From: an uncultured Planctomycetaceae bacterium
GTDB lineage: Bacteria > Planctomycetota > Planctomycetia > Pirellulales > PALSA-1355
NCBI GenBank assembly: GCA_963785305.1
Contig: CAWAUV010000007.1
Coordinates: forward strand, 736,001-800,000
Direction of reading: 5' to 3'
Length of the DNA: 64,000 bases
Below, piece by piece: positions 43,218 through 56,900 of this stretch; within the stretch, counting starts at the first letter, position 1; each line of letters starts with the position of its first letter. The position numbers and the translations under genes were made by a program. The notes under the pieces are model-generated. The model had not been told where the DNA came from and ran no database searches. It saw nothing but the letters and a program-made list of their open reading frames with translations.

Positions 43218-44405
43218 CTACTCGCCCGCGAGCTGTTCTAAATCGTCCGCCAGCTCCCGCAGGGCGGCTAGCGGATCGTCGAGGGCATGCTTTTCGGCGA
43301 AGCGACGAGCGGCCTCACCGTAGTTGGGCGACGCGAGCACTTGTCGCAGTTTCGTTTCCACGGCCGACGAATTGCCTGGGTCGGCGAGGTCCGCAAAACC
43401 TTCCTGACTGCGCTCGGCGAGCTTGCATGAGCTGTTCCCAGTAGAGCGGTAGCAGGAAGGAGGGCTTGCCGGCGAGCAGCATCGCGGCGAGCGTTCCGTG
43501 CCCGCCGTTAAGAATCGCCAAGTCGCACTCGGCCGCGGCTTGGCAAATGTCGAGCGGCTCGCGATGGAAATGCAAGTTCACGGTAGCATGACGCCGCTCG
43601 AGCGCGGATCGGCGCGATCGAGATAGACCACCGTCGGATAACGCCATGTGGCCAAGCATTGCAGCAGGGCCCCGAGCGAGGGAAACGGCTTCAGGTAAAC
43701 GAAAATTCGCTTGCCATCGCCGGGCGGCCACTGGAAAGGCTTGCCAAAGCTATCCGGCTGACAACCGTAATAGCGACCCCCCGGCCGTGGCCCAAAATGG
43801 TCGAGCTCGGCGAAGGTGCAAAGTAGCGTGGCATCGACCTGACGATAAAGATCGGCAAGGCTTTCCAGTGGCGGCTGGCCACGGGCCAAGAGTAATTGGC
43901 GCGCATTTCCGAGGGCCCTTCCGTCGGCGGCGGGGTCCGGCGGATTGGCCGACGCCTGGGCACGCAGGCGAGGCAAATCCGGCTCGGTCGTTGGACACGA
44001 AAACCCGACCCCGATCACGACGCGGCGAAACTCATGCTCTCGGGCCGCGAGCAGCGCCATGGGGCTATGTTCGAAGAGCACGACGTCCGGTTTTGTCGCT
44101 TGAAAGATCGATCGCCAAGCCGCGGCGCCGATCGAAAGCCGCTCGTAGTCGCCGAAACCGACGTTCGCCAGCATCTGCCCAAACGTCTCGGGCTTGTCCA
44201 TTCCCGGCGCCTGCCGCGGCAGTGAAAAGGGCGCTTGCCAATACGCCACGTCGAGATGGCCGAACACGCGGCCGGCATGCGTCAGATCTCGCAAGGCCAA
44301 GTCGACCCGATGCCCGCGGCGAACGAGCTCGCCGACGATCGGCTTGAGCCCACCGAGGTGCCCCAGTCCGCCGCCCAGTTCCCACGTCACGAGGAATTTC
44401 GCCAT
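43218..44405 (-). CDS. GT-B fold glycosyltransferase (GT1/GT28-like); frameshifts near 43600 and 43400
   Basis: WELGGGLGH, FAELDHF, IFVYLK, ILNGGHGT..AMLLAGKP..LP..WEQ; last frame ends at TAG 43218. Confidence 0.85.
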
Positions 44406-44987
44406 CGGCGTTCACGGCAACGAAGGGGAAAAAGGCGGCGGAGAGAGTTCTCGCGGCATTGTTCTCAGCGTTCTCCGCGACGGTCACCAATCATCGCAGC
44501 CAAATTCTTGTTCACAAGCCTCGACCAAATATTCGGAAGCGGAATGAGCCTGCGGCATGACGTCGCTCGGTATCCCGGTCGACGGCGGATGCAATTCGCC
44601 GCGAAATAGGCCAGCTTTCAGTGAGGCGGCGCGAAAGAGCCAACGACGGAGCATTGTCCGCACTATACGCCTAATCGCCCTAAAAAAATATTTTGTTGCT
44701 GCGCAAGCTCTTTTGCCAGAATTAGTCATGCGGATTAACACCCCCCGATTGGAAAGGCGTGGAAGATTGCATTCCTTAACTGGGGATTCTAAATTCTCCG
44801 CTCCAGCGGGGTAGACCGGCGCATTCACGCACTGCCCCTCCACGGATGGCGCTCTCTTTTTATCAACCCGTTTTGCTTCGCCTGGTAATGACGAAAATGC
44901 CGCGGCGTCGGCGCGGTAGCGCTGTGCCTTTGGCGTTTCCGGGGTCTTTTCGAACTCACGAGCCATCTCTTCGCAGGGAGACGTTCG

Positions 44988-47900
44988 ATGCGGCTTTCAC
45001 CTCGCTCTTGGAGGAATACCGCCCGCGTTCTTGGGCTCGAGATTCGTGTCAAGCGGCGGCCCCGCCCCCAGAGCCGGCGAGCGGTTCTAGAGTCCCTTGA
45101 AGCGCGTCAACTGATGCACGCCTCTTCGGTGGTCGTGGATACTTCGATATCCGCGTCGGGCTACGGAGAGACTGTGGTTTTCACGGCCGATGTGACGCCG
45201 GCCGACGGATATGACGCCACCCCGACCGGCACGGTGGATTTTGTTGATAGTTCCACCGGCACGGACCTGGGAACTGAAACGCTCGACGGCAACGGCGACG
45301 CCACGCTCACCACCGACTTGTTGAACGCCGGCGATCACACGATCGTCGCCACCTATAGCGGCGATTCGAACTTCGATTCCAGCAGCGCGTCGGTCGATCA
45401 AGAGTTCGATCAAGCTGCCGCGAGCGTGCAATTCGCCTCCTCGGCCGATGACGTGGTGTATGGCCAACCGGTCACGCTCACGGCGAACGTCGCCGCCTAT
45501 GGCGGATATGCAGGCACGCCGACCGGCTCGGTCGATTTCTACGACGAGACGACCGGCGAGGACCTGGGTTCCGCGTCTCTCGATGGCAGCGGCGACGCCA
45601 GCATGACTCTCCCCGACCTTAGCGTCGGCGATCACACGATCGAAGTCACCTATAGCGGCGACGGAAATTTCCTGGGAGGCTCGAGCGATTCTTACGTCGA
45701 TGGCGGCAATTCGTTTGTCCAAGAGATCGATCAGGCTTCGGTGGTGGTCTCGGCGGAAACATCGAGCTCGTCGGCGAACTACGGGGACTACCTCACATTC
45801 ACGGCCACGGTGAGCGCGGCCGGTGGTAGCTCCGGCACGCCCACCGGATCGGTCGATTTTTATGACGAGAGCACGGAGCAGGACTTGGGCTCGATTGAAC
45901 TCGACGGCACGGGCACGGCGAGCTTATCGACTTCCAATCTGGGCGTTGGCGATCAGTCGATCGAAGCGATTTATAGCGGGGACTCGTATTTCGCGTCTGG
46001 CAACGCTTCGTTCGATCAGCAAGTCAGTGCCCCGACAGGAATATCGATTTCTTCGTCCGATGGAACGTCGTTCGCATACGGCCAAACGGCCAATCTCGAG
46101 GCGTTTGTTTACTCTTACGGCGGCGTTCCGACCGGTTCGGTTGACTTTTACAACGAATTGACCGGCGTGGATTATGGCTCGGTCGAACTCGATGGCTCCG
46201 GATACGCGGGGCTCGCAACGGGCGATATTGGTGTCGGAGATGACGAGATCGTCGCCACATACAATGGCGAGGGCGGTTTCGAGAGTAGCAACGCGTCGTT
46301 GGAGGTAGATGTTTATGCCACGTCGTCGGTGGTATTGACAAGCTCTATTCCAAATCCTTCCGTCTATGGCGAATCGGTTACGTTCGCGGCCGCGGTTTCA
46401 GGAAGCTATGGTGGCGTCGCCACCGGCACGGTCGATTTCTATGACGAAACAACCGGTGAGGACCTGGGAACCGTCGCCCTCGATGGCAATGGCGACGCCA
46501 ATCTTTCCACCAGCAATCTCTCGGTCGAAGACCATACGATCGTCGCCACCTATAGCGGCGACTCGAACCTGTACGGCAGCCAAGACTCGTTGACACAGGA
46601 AGTGGACTACGGCACGACAACGACCCTCTCGAGCAGCACGCCTAATCCATCGATCTACGGCGAAAACGTGACGTTCACCGCCGTCGTCAGCGCTAGCAAT
46701 GGGGTGTCAGGCATTCCCACCGGCTCGGTCGACTTCTACGACGAAACGACGGGACAAGACTTGGGGACGGCCACCCTTGACGGCAATGGCGACGCCAGTC
46801 TTTCAGTCGGCAATCTCATTGCCGAAGATCATTCGATCGTCGCCACATATAGCGGCGACTCGAACTGGGACGAAAGCCAGGACTCGCTCACGCAAGAAGT
46901 CGAATACGCTCCGACAACGATCCTCGCAAGCGGCGAGCCCGATCCTTCCGCGTACGGCCAGCCATTAACGCTCACCGCCGTGGTTTCGAACTCCTACGGG
47001 GGCGTCCCAACCGGCTCGGTGGACTTCTACGACGAAACCACGAGCACCGATCTCGGCACTTATAGTCTCGACGACACGGGCATGGCCAGCTTCTCGACTT
47101 CGGGCCTGCCGGTTGGCGATCAAGCTATCGTGGCCAGCTATAGCGGGGACTCGAATTACTATTCTTCGTCGGCCACGACCGATTCGATGGTCTACAGCAT
47201 TGGCCCGAGCATCAGCGCGCCGAGCGGCCAAACCGGCGATGAAGACGTTCCGATATCGTTTTCGAGTAGCGGCGGCAGCGCCATCACCGTCAGCGATCCA
47301 GACGTAACGAACCTCTCCGTGACGCTTTCCGTCGCGAACGGGATCTTGAACTTGGGCTCGAACGTCGACTCCAGTCTGAATGTTTCCGGGCAAGGTTCGA
47401 GCTTGCTCACGATCGAGGGCGATCAGTCGCTCATCAATCAAGCGCTGGATGGTCTTTATTATACGGCCGACCCGGATTTTTACGGCAGCGACACGCTGTC
47501 GATCACCGCCGACGACTTGAGCGGCTCAGCGGATGAGCGGGATCACACCAGTTCGGTCAACGTGCCACTCACGGTGGTAGCTGCGCCGACAATCAGTGTT
47601 CCCGGTGACCAGACTCTGAACATCACCAATCAGTATTCCAATTATGACTACTTGGGCTATGGTGGATCGCTGACGCTCCCGATCACCGTGGGCGATCCGA
47701 ACTCGAGTGTGAGTTCGCTCGATGTCACGATCGCGGCTGGCTACGGCGGAGACGCGAACCTTTATCTTGCCGACGAGAACGGAATATCGTTCCTCTCTGG
47801 AAACGACGGCGACTCCTCAATGACGATCCAGGGCTCGATCAGTGATTTAAATAACGCGCTAGGCGGACTGACATTTCAGTTGGGTAGCGGGTGGGGCGGC

Positions 47901-50900
47901 GAGTCGCTCACCATTACAGCCGACGATCTCAACGAAACCGGTGCCGGCGACCAAACCGCGACCGCCAGCTTGAATATCACGACGAATGTTTATTACACGC
48001 CGCCTCCCATTCCCCCGGCCCCGACAGTGAACGCGCCCGACGCTCAATACGTCGGGCAAAATGGGATAACGTTAACTTCCGCGGATGACACGGCGATCAC
48101 CGTGGGCGACTCGGCGACGAATTATCTTGAGGTGAGCCTGTCGGTCAACGATGGCATGCTAATACTGCCTGAATCCTATTACGGAGGCGCTTCGATCACT
48201 TCGGGCATGGGTAGCAATAACATTTCGCTTGACGGCGATATTTCCGATCTCAACACATTGCTCGATGGCCTGATCTATCAGCCCTACTCCTGGGCCTCCT
48301 GCTCCGACTCGCTTTCCATTACCGTCGACGACATGAACTTCAGTGGGACCGGTGATCAATTCGCGTCGACCGAGGTTCAATTAAACATTGTCTCGCCGCC
48401 GCAAATTCAATCGATTGCGAACCAAACGGTCGGAGAAGGAACACTCGTCACCTTGACTCCGACCGTCACCACGAACGGCAATCCGGACCCGACGCTCAGT
48501 TCAAGTTTCGCGTTTTTTGCTAGCACTCGAATCGCCGATTTCTCGTGGGTTTTGCACAGTTTGACGGCCGAACTGCCAATTTTTGCATGTTACCGAGAGG
48601 CCGAAGGTTGCCGGAAACGCGCCGAAATCGGAGAAACCACGACGAATCGGGCTATCGGAACTTTTGAAAACCGCGAAAGTCGAACTCAGCTACAGCCTCG
48701 CGGCCGCGCCGGCGGGAGCGTGCATTGATCCCAATAGCGGCACGCTGTGGTGGCCTTCCAACGTCGATCCGCCCGGGACGTATCAATTCACTATCGACGT
48801 GGTGGATAACTTCGGCGACGTCGCCAGCCAGACATTCAGCGTCACCACGACATCCGCCGCGATCAATGCCGCGACGCTGAACTCCGGCTCGAACCAATCC
48901 CTTCCTTCCATCGCTTCCGACGGCGAAGGCGATTACACGACCGTCTGGTATGGCGATGGTCCGGGGGGGTATGCGATTTATGGACAGCAATTCGGTCCCG
49001 ATGGCACGGCCTTCGGCGGCAACTTTCAAGCGAGTCCCGCGGCCGCCGCCGTGGACGGTGTCTTTAAGCCCGTCATCGGCATGCAGTCCGATGGCGATTT
49101 CGTCGTGGCCTGGGAGGGACTCGGAACCGATGGATATGAGAGCATCTGGGCCCAACAGTTCAATGCCGATGGCACAACAGCCGGAGCGGCCTTCCAAGTG
49201 AACGCGGCCGGCACGACGGCCTCGGAGCCCTCGATCGCCATGTCGGACGACGGATCGTTCGTCATCGCCTGGTATGGCAACGCATCCGCCGCGGGCTGGG
49301 GCGTTTATATCCAACAGTTCGGCAGCGGTTCAAGCCCCGGCACGGGCGACGGCGATGAAGGGCCGACAGCGACGGACGCCGCGTTCCTGGTTGCCGGGTA
49401 TGGCGCTTCGGAGCCGGCCATCGGTATGGACTCCAATGATGACTTCGTCGTGGCTTGGAACTGGTCTCAATCCATTTACGCCGCGGAGTTCGCGGCAAAT
49501 GGGTCGGCGGAACAAACCGCGTTCGAGGTTACCGATTCGTCGGCGTATGGCGGCGATTCGACTTCGAGTGCGCCGGCCGTCGGCATGGGCGAAAATGGTC
49601 AGTTCGCCATTGCCTGGACCGTGCCCACGGGCACTGAAATCGCTTACGGCGGCGGGGCGGACGATCCGTATGCCGATCCCTACGAAGGCGCAGGCGGCGA
49701 AGTCCAAGCGATGAACTATACCATCGCCGGCCAGCCGGTCGAATCCTCGCCGATTCTGGTCGACACTGCCATCGGCGACGCCCCCGGCGCTCAATCACTG
49801 GGCGCGGCGGTCGACGGCTCGGGCTACTTCACGGTCGACTGGTACAATGACGGCCCGAGCGCCGCCGGACCTTATCCGCTGGGCACGGAGGCCCAGGTCT
49901 ACGCCCCCGATGGCGACCCGCAAAGCGGCCCCTCCTGGATCGACAGCATTAATCCCAACACGTTGGAGTCGCCCGGCAACGCTACCTATGGCGGATACGC
50001 ATTCGGCGGCGCGGGCGGCGCCGCCGTCTCGACGGGCGGCGCCGGCGCCTTCGCCGCCGCCTGGACCCACCCCGCCTGGGACGGCAACTCCAACGCCATC
50101 TACACCCAGCCGCTCACGTTCACCGAGCCGCTCGCGCTGGCCACGCCCGGCCAACCACTCGCGGCGATCACGATCACGGCGGGCGCGGCGGCGACCACGC
50201 TCGACGTGAGCAGCGCCTTCGTCGAAAACGGCAATGATGATCCGCTCGTCTACAGCGTGTCGGCCAACAGCAATTCCAGCCAAGTTACGGGCGGCTTTAG
50301 CGGCTCGGTGCTTTCGCTCAGCGCGGTGGAATCGTCATCTGGCTCAGCCAACCTAGTGCTGCGCGCCACGGACACGGCTACAGGCGCGTTCGTCGAAGTA
50401 CCGCTGACGGTGAATATCTTACCCTGTATCCCCATTATCAACATCGTGGGCTCATCGGCCATTTCGTCCGGCTCGACCTACACGCTCACGATTGATGTTC
50501 CATCCGCCGTGACGCCATCGGGCCTGACGATCAATTGGGGCGATGGCAGCACTCAGGTCGTTCCCTCGACGACGACGACCATCACGCACGTCTTTTCCGC
50601 CGCCGAGCAGACCGCGCTGGCAACGGATGAAATCCAGGTATTTGGCGACGATCAAGACGGAAACTCGTTATACGGAAGCAATGTGCTTCCGGTGACAGTC
50701 AATCCAGTGCCGCCGACGATCACAATCAGCGGTCCGTCCACGATCAACGCCGGCTCGCCTTATACGCTGAATCTTTCGTCGCTCGAGACGGATGGCGACA
50801 CGATTTCGAGCTGGACGATTTACTGGGGCGATGGCTCGTCCAGTGTCGTAAGCGGCAACCCGTCAACCACTTCGCATACCTACTCGGCCGGATTGCCCGG

Positions 50901-53900
50901 CGAGTCGAGTGTTTACGCGATCACGGCGACGGCGACCGACCAAAACGGAACTTATGCCGCGAGTTCCCAGCAGGTCACCGTCGCGACCGCGGCGGCCACG
51001 GCCACGATCAGCGGTAATTCGACCATCGACCAAGGAGCCCAATATCAACTCGATTTGTCGGGAAGTCTTGGCGACGGAGAGACAATTACGAGTTGGACGA
51101 TCAATTGGGGCGACGGGAGCGCTCCCCAGACGGTCGCTGGCGACGCAACCGACGTCACGCATGTGTACGCGCATGGACCCGACGCCGGCTCGAATACCTA
51201 CAGGATTCTGGCCACCGCCGCTGGCGGAGCCGGTTCGGTTGCCACGAATTCGCAACCGGTGACCGTGACTTCCGCGGCACCCGCCGTGTCGATCTCAGGC
51301 CCCGGCAATGCCACGCAAGGGGCAACTTATACGCTTGCTCTCTCGGGCAGCGAAACAGACGGCGACTCGATCACGTCGTGGATCATCAACTGGGGCGATG
51401 GCACGGCGCCGCAGTACTATTCCGGAAACATCACGTCGGCCACGCATGTATTCACGCAAACGGCCCAGTCCGGATCGAGCGTCTTCGATATTCAAGCGAC
51501 GGCGGTGGATCCGGACGGCAGCTATGCATCGAACGTCATTGGGTTGACCGTGGTCGCCCCGCCGCCGACGGTGCAAATAGGCGGAGCCGCCACAGTAAGT
51601 CAAGGGGCCCCCTACTCGCTCGATCTGTCGGCGTCGGAAACGGATGGGGACACCATCTCGAGTTGGACGATCAACTGGGGTGATGGCTCGGCGGCGCAAA
51701 CGGTTCCCGGCGGCGTCTCGGTTGTAACGCATCAATATGGCGCGGGTCAGTTGCCTGGAGCCAATACGTATTCCATCAGCGCGACCGCGACCGATCAGAA
51801 TGGGAGCTATTCCAGCAACAACTCGCCGGTAATCGTCACGCCAGTAGCTCCGCGGGTCTCGATCAGCGGGCCCGCGAGAGCCACCCAAGGTTCCCAGTAT
51901 TCACTCTCGTTGTCGGCAATCGAGTCCGGCAACGCAACGATCAGCCAATGGACGATCAACTGGGGAGACGGGACCGCGCCGCAAGTCGTCGATGGTTCGC
52001 CTTCGTCGGTGACCCACGTATACGGCGCCGGAACATCCGCCGGGTCCAATGATTATACGATCAGCGCCACTGCCACCGATCAAAACGGAACCCACGACGG
52101 CGGCAACTCGCAATCCGTCGCGGTGCAGTCCGTTCCCGCCTTGGCCACGATCAGCGGAAACGGCTGGGTCGAAGCCGGCCAGACCTACACTCTCGACCTC
52201 GCGAGCCAGGAAACGGACGGCGACACCATCAGCGGTTGGAATATCAATTGGGGTGACGGGAGTTCGGTGCAAACGATCACGGGTAATCCAACCTCGGTGA
52301 CCCACGTGTTCGGCAGCCCTCCGGTGGGCACGAGCACGTTTCTGGTCGGCGCCGCCGCCATCGACGGCGACGGCTCCTACGCGAGCAATACCCAGCCCGT
52401 CAATTTGGTTACGAGCTCCGATGGTCAACCGAACGCTCCCTCGGTGATTATCAGCGGCAACGCATCGGACAATCAAGACGATACCTATACGCTCTCGCTC
52501 GATGCGTACGAGCCGAGCGGGATTTCCGTTCAAGGCTGGACAATCAATTGGGGCGACGGCACGTCGACGACCATTGCCGGTGACGCCACATTCGCGACAC
52601 ATAGCTATGGCCCGGGATTCGATCCGGGCACGAACAGCTACCAGATCAGCGCCGTCATGAGCGACGCGAACGGCTTCTACGCCGCCGCGCCTTTGACGGT
52701 CAAGGTGACTTCGGTCGCGCCGACATTGGCGATCAGCGGCGCTCCTTCGGTGAATTTGGGTTCTACTTACACGCTCGATCTAAGCAGCGATGAAACCGAC
52801 GGCGACACGCTCGCCACTTGGATAATCAATTGGGGCGACGGCTCCGCGCCACAGACCGTTCCCGGCGACACCACGTCCGTGACGCACACGTTCGTCCCGG
52901 GTGGCGACCTCGGATCGAACTACTACCAAATCACGGCCACGGCAAGCGATCAAGACGGAACATACGGTTCGAACACGCAGCCGGTCTCCGTCGATCCCGT
53001 CGCGCCAACCGTGCAGATCAGTGGCGATTCGACGGTCGACGAAGGCGCCCCCTACACGCTCGACCTGTCCGGCGTCGAGTCGGACGGCGAATCGATCAAC
53101 GGTTGGACGATTTACTGGGGCGACGGCAGCGCCGCGCAGCTGATCTCGGGCAACCCGACGTCGATCACGCATGTGTTCGGGCCGGGCTCTGGACGTCAAA
53201 GCTACTCGATTCAGGCGATTGCCACCGATCCCGAAGGCACGTATTACTCGAATTCGCAAACTGTCGCCATCACAGCCGTCCCGCCGACATTGAGTATCAG
53301 CGGTCCGTCGACAATCGATCAAGGATCCACGTACACCCTTAATCTTTCGGCCGCTGAAACGAGTGGAGACACCGTCAGTGGCTGGTCCATCAACTGGGGC
53401 GACGGCTCGACGCAGACCGTCGAAGGCAATCAACCCTTCGTCACGCATGTCTATACCACCGCTTCGCCTTCTTCCGATCCCGATACGATTATCGCCACCG
53501 CCACGGATCAAGACGGCCAATACAGCGCGACGCAGACCGTCGCCGTGACCGCCGTCCCGCCGGTGATTACGGTCGTGGGTTCGAGCACCGATAATCAGGG
53601 CGACACCTATACCCTCGATTTCGCCGCCTATGAAAGCGATGGGGACACGGTCAACTCGTGGTCGGTCAATTGGGGCGATGGTCAGACCGACACCTATGGT
53701 GGAACCACGACATCGGCGACGCATACCTACGTCGCGGGCCCGAACCCCGGCTCGAATACATATACGATCACCGCGACGGCCACCGACATCGGCGGCTCAT
53801 ATGCGGGAACACAGACGGTCACGGTCCAGTCCGTGGCGCCGGCGGCGATCATCTCCGGCAATTCCACGTCGGCGCCCAATCAGCCTTACACCCTTGATCT

Positions 53901-56900
53901 ATCCGCCCCCGAAACCGATCAAGACACGATCTCCAGTTGGACCATCAACTGGGGCGACGGCAGCCAACCGGAGACGGTTTCCGGAAATCCTTCCTCGTTG
54001 ACGCATAGTTTCACGCTTCCGAACGGCGCCGCCTCGCAAACGTTCGTGATCACCGCCGCGGCTTCCGATCAAGACGGAACCCATGCGTCCAATTCGCTGC
54101 CCGTGACCGTCGCGGCCCCCGTCCCCACGGTGACGATCAGCGGCGCCTCGGCGGTCAATTTGGGCCAGGAATATACTTTGAATCTCGCCTCGCAGGCGTC
54201 CGACGGAAGCTCGATCACCGGGTGGACGATCAATTGGGGAGACGGAAGCTCGCCGCAGCTGGTCGCCGCCGGCGTATCGTCGGTCACGCATGTATTTCAA
54301 TCGAACGTGCCCGCCACGCTCGGCGGCGACAGCTATGGCGTGACGATCACCGCCGCGGCCAGCGATCAAAACGGAACCTATGCCGGCAACGCCGTGCCGG
54401 TCACCGTCTACAACGACGGCAACGGCGCGTTGGCTCCCTACACGATCTATCTCGACGATCCCAACGCCGCCCAGCTCGATCTCGGATCCACCTTGGCTCG
54501 CATCTTGGGAACCAACGACCCGCTGAATTTCGCGGTCTCCGACAATCCCGACGCGAATCTCAATGCGTATTTCGTTGGATCGGTTCTCTACTTCAATACC
54601 TCCGACGACACGCCCGGGAATGTTCAGTTGACCATCGAGGTCACGGACGCCAAGACCGGCGCTTCGATCAGTCTCACCCAAGAAGTCGATCTGGTCGCCG
54701 CGCAAATCACCGACCTCGGCTTGCTCGTCAACGCGGCCGGCGGCGCCGGGCTGCTGACCGGGACCCTGACCGGGATGAGTCCCAGTCTGCCGATTTCGCT
54801 TACCGTCGATTGGGGAGACGGCAATGGGCCTCAGTATTACACGCTGCCGACCGGAACCGAGCAGATCGATCTGACGTACGACTATCCCGACGCGCCCGTC
54901 CCGGCCGCGGGTTATCAAGCGACGGTCACCGTGACGGCGGGCTACTCCCAGGCCCTCTCCACGGTCGTCAACAGTCTCTCGAATTTCACTTGGCCCGACG
55001 CCCCGTCGCTCACGAGCGTTCCGCAAGAGCCCGAGCCGGGCGACTACGGCCCGAGCACGCTGGCGGCGCCCTCCTTCACCGGAACCGCGCCCGATTATTC
55101 CTCGGTGGACGAAATCGTCGAACAGTCGTACAGCCAAGCGACCGAGAACGCCAGCTATACCTTCCAAAGCGCTTCGCAAAGCCTCTGGAACGAATACTTT
55201 GACGGTTACTGGGAATATTCCGGTTCGAGCTACGGGTCGGCTTGGAGCATCTCCTCGTCGGCGGTCGAAGCCGCGCAGTCGGCCTATCAAAGTTCGCTAA
55301 GCTCGATTCAAACCACCGAATCGAATTCAAGCAACCAGATCGAGTCGGCTTACACCAATAGTTTCAATCAGGCGCAATCGAGTTACGACGGCGCCGAGAC
55401 GGCGGCTTGGAATTCGTACGACGACAACGCCGCCCAGGCTTTCAGCGCCGAGAACGACGCGCTGGGGCAAAACGGCAATGCGTTCGATTCGGGCGGCATG
55501 GATTACGATGCTTTCGTGTGCGCGGACAGCAATGCGGAATCCGCCTACAATGTCCAAATGGCCGGCTACTCGCTCGCCTTGGGCAACTCGCTGGCCCAAG
55601 CCGCCAGCAGCGAGGAAACATCGTTCGACGAGGCGCTAAGCGTCGCCAACCAGGCGCAAGCCGATCTCACCGATTGGGTCGGCGATCAGTCCGCCGCCGC
55701 GGAGTTGACTTCCGCCCAGGCCGTGAATTCGGCGAGCTACGAGTTCGCGTCGGCGGTGGCCGGTTACTCCCAGTCCTACAACGACGCCCTGGCCTCGGCC
55801 TCGCAAACGCTCGATCAATCGCTCACCGACGCCACCGTGGCCGAGCAGACCGGCCAAGCCAGCGCCGAGTTGACCTACGCCGAACAGATCCAAACCACCG
55901 ACGAGGAGGACAACGAAGGCTCCGACACCTGGGACGCCTACCAAGTCGCCCTTGCCAGCTACCAGTTATCCTACGCCGATGCGATCTCCGGCCCCGAAAC
56001 GACACAGGGCTACAGCGACGCCGCCGCCGGCCTCACACAGCAGCAGAGCATCGATCAGGCCCAGTACAACCACGATTCCGGGCTCGCCGGGTCGCTGAGC
56101 GCCGCCCAAAACGACGTGGCCAACGCCGAATACAATCTGCAAACGGCTCAAAACGACGCGGGCTCGGCCTTCAACAGTTCCGTGGCCGGGCTCTGGTCCT
56201 CGGAGCTCGACGCCTCCGCCACCGCCGAACTGAACTACGCGCAATCAATGAACACGGCCGTGAGCATCACCGCCTCGGGCTATGCCTCCGCCGCCAACGC
56301 CTGCACCCAAAGCGTCTTCGGCTCGCAGGACTCGCCGGAGGACGCGGGGGCGACGGAAGCCGCCGCCGACAACTCGATCTCCCAGCAGTTCCTGTCCAGC
56401 TACGTTTCGGCCGAGGGCGTGCTCGAGCCGGCCTTGTCGGGCGCCTCCGCGAGTTATCAGGAGAACATGATCTCGGGCGGGCTCACGCTCACTTCCGCCA
56501 TCGACAGCGCGGTCTCGACGGCCCAACTTTCGGAAGCGACCGCCGAGAACTCGTATTCCGAAGCCTATGAATTGGCCGCCGACGTCCTTCAAGGCGCCGA
56601 GGCTGGTTACGACGCCTGCGACATCGAGACCGTCGCCAGCGACGCCTATGTCTTCGCCCAGACGCAGCTTCCGGCCCAGCGGACGCTCACCTACAACGAC
56701 GCCTTGGCCCTCGCCGACATGAAATCCGCCGCCATCGGCGAATATGTCGCGGCGCTTCAGACTTGGGCCGCCGGCGACACGACGGATTCTCCGGATTGGA
56801 CGAGCTTCGTGGTCTCCTCGGCCGAGGCCGAGCAAACGCAAATCCTCGCCGACAACTCCGACGATCTCGCTTACGCCGCCAGCACCGCCCAGGCCGACGA

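Noticed and set aside
42005..48684. Composite transposon bounded by the two MITEs
   Set aside because: Each copy has its own intact TSD and interrupts a different gene whose halves flank it, so they inserted independently.
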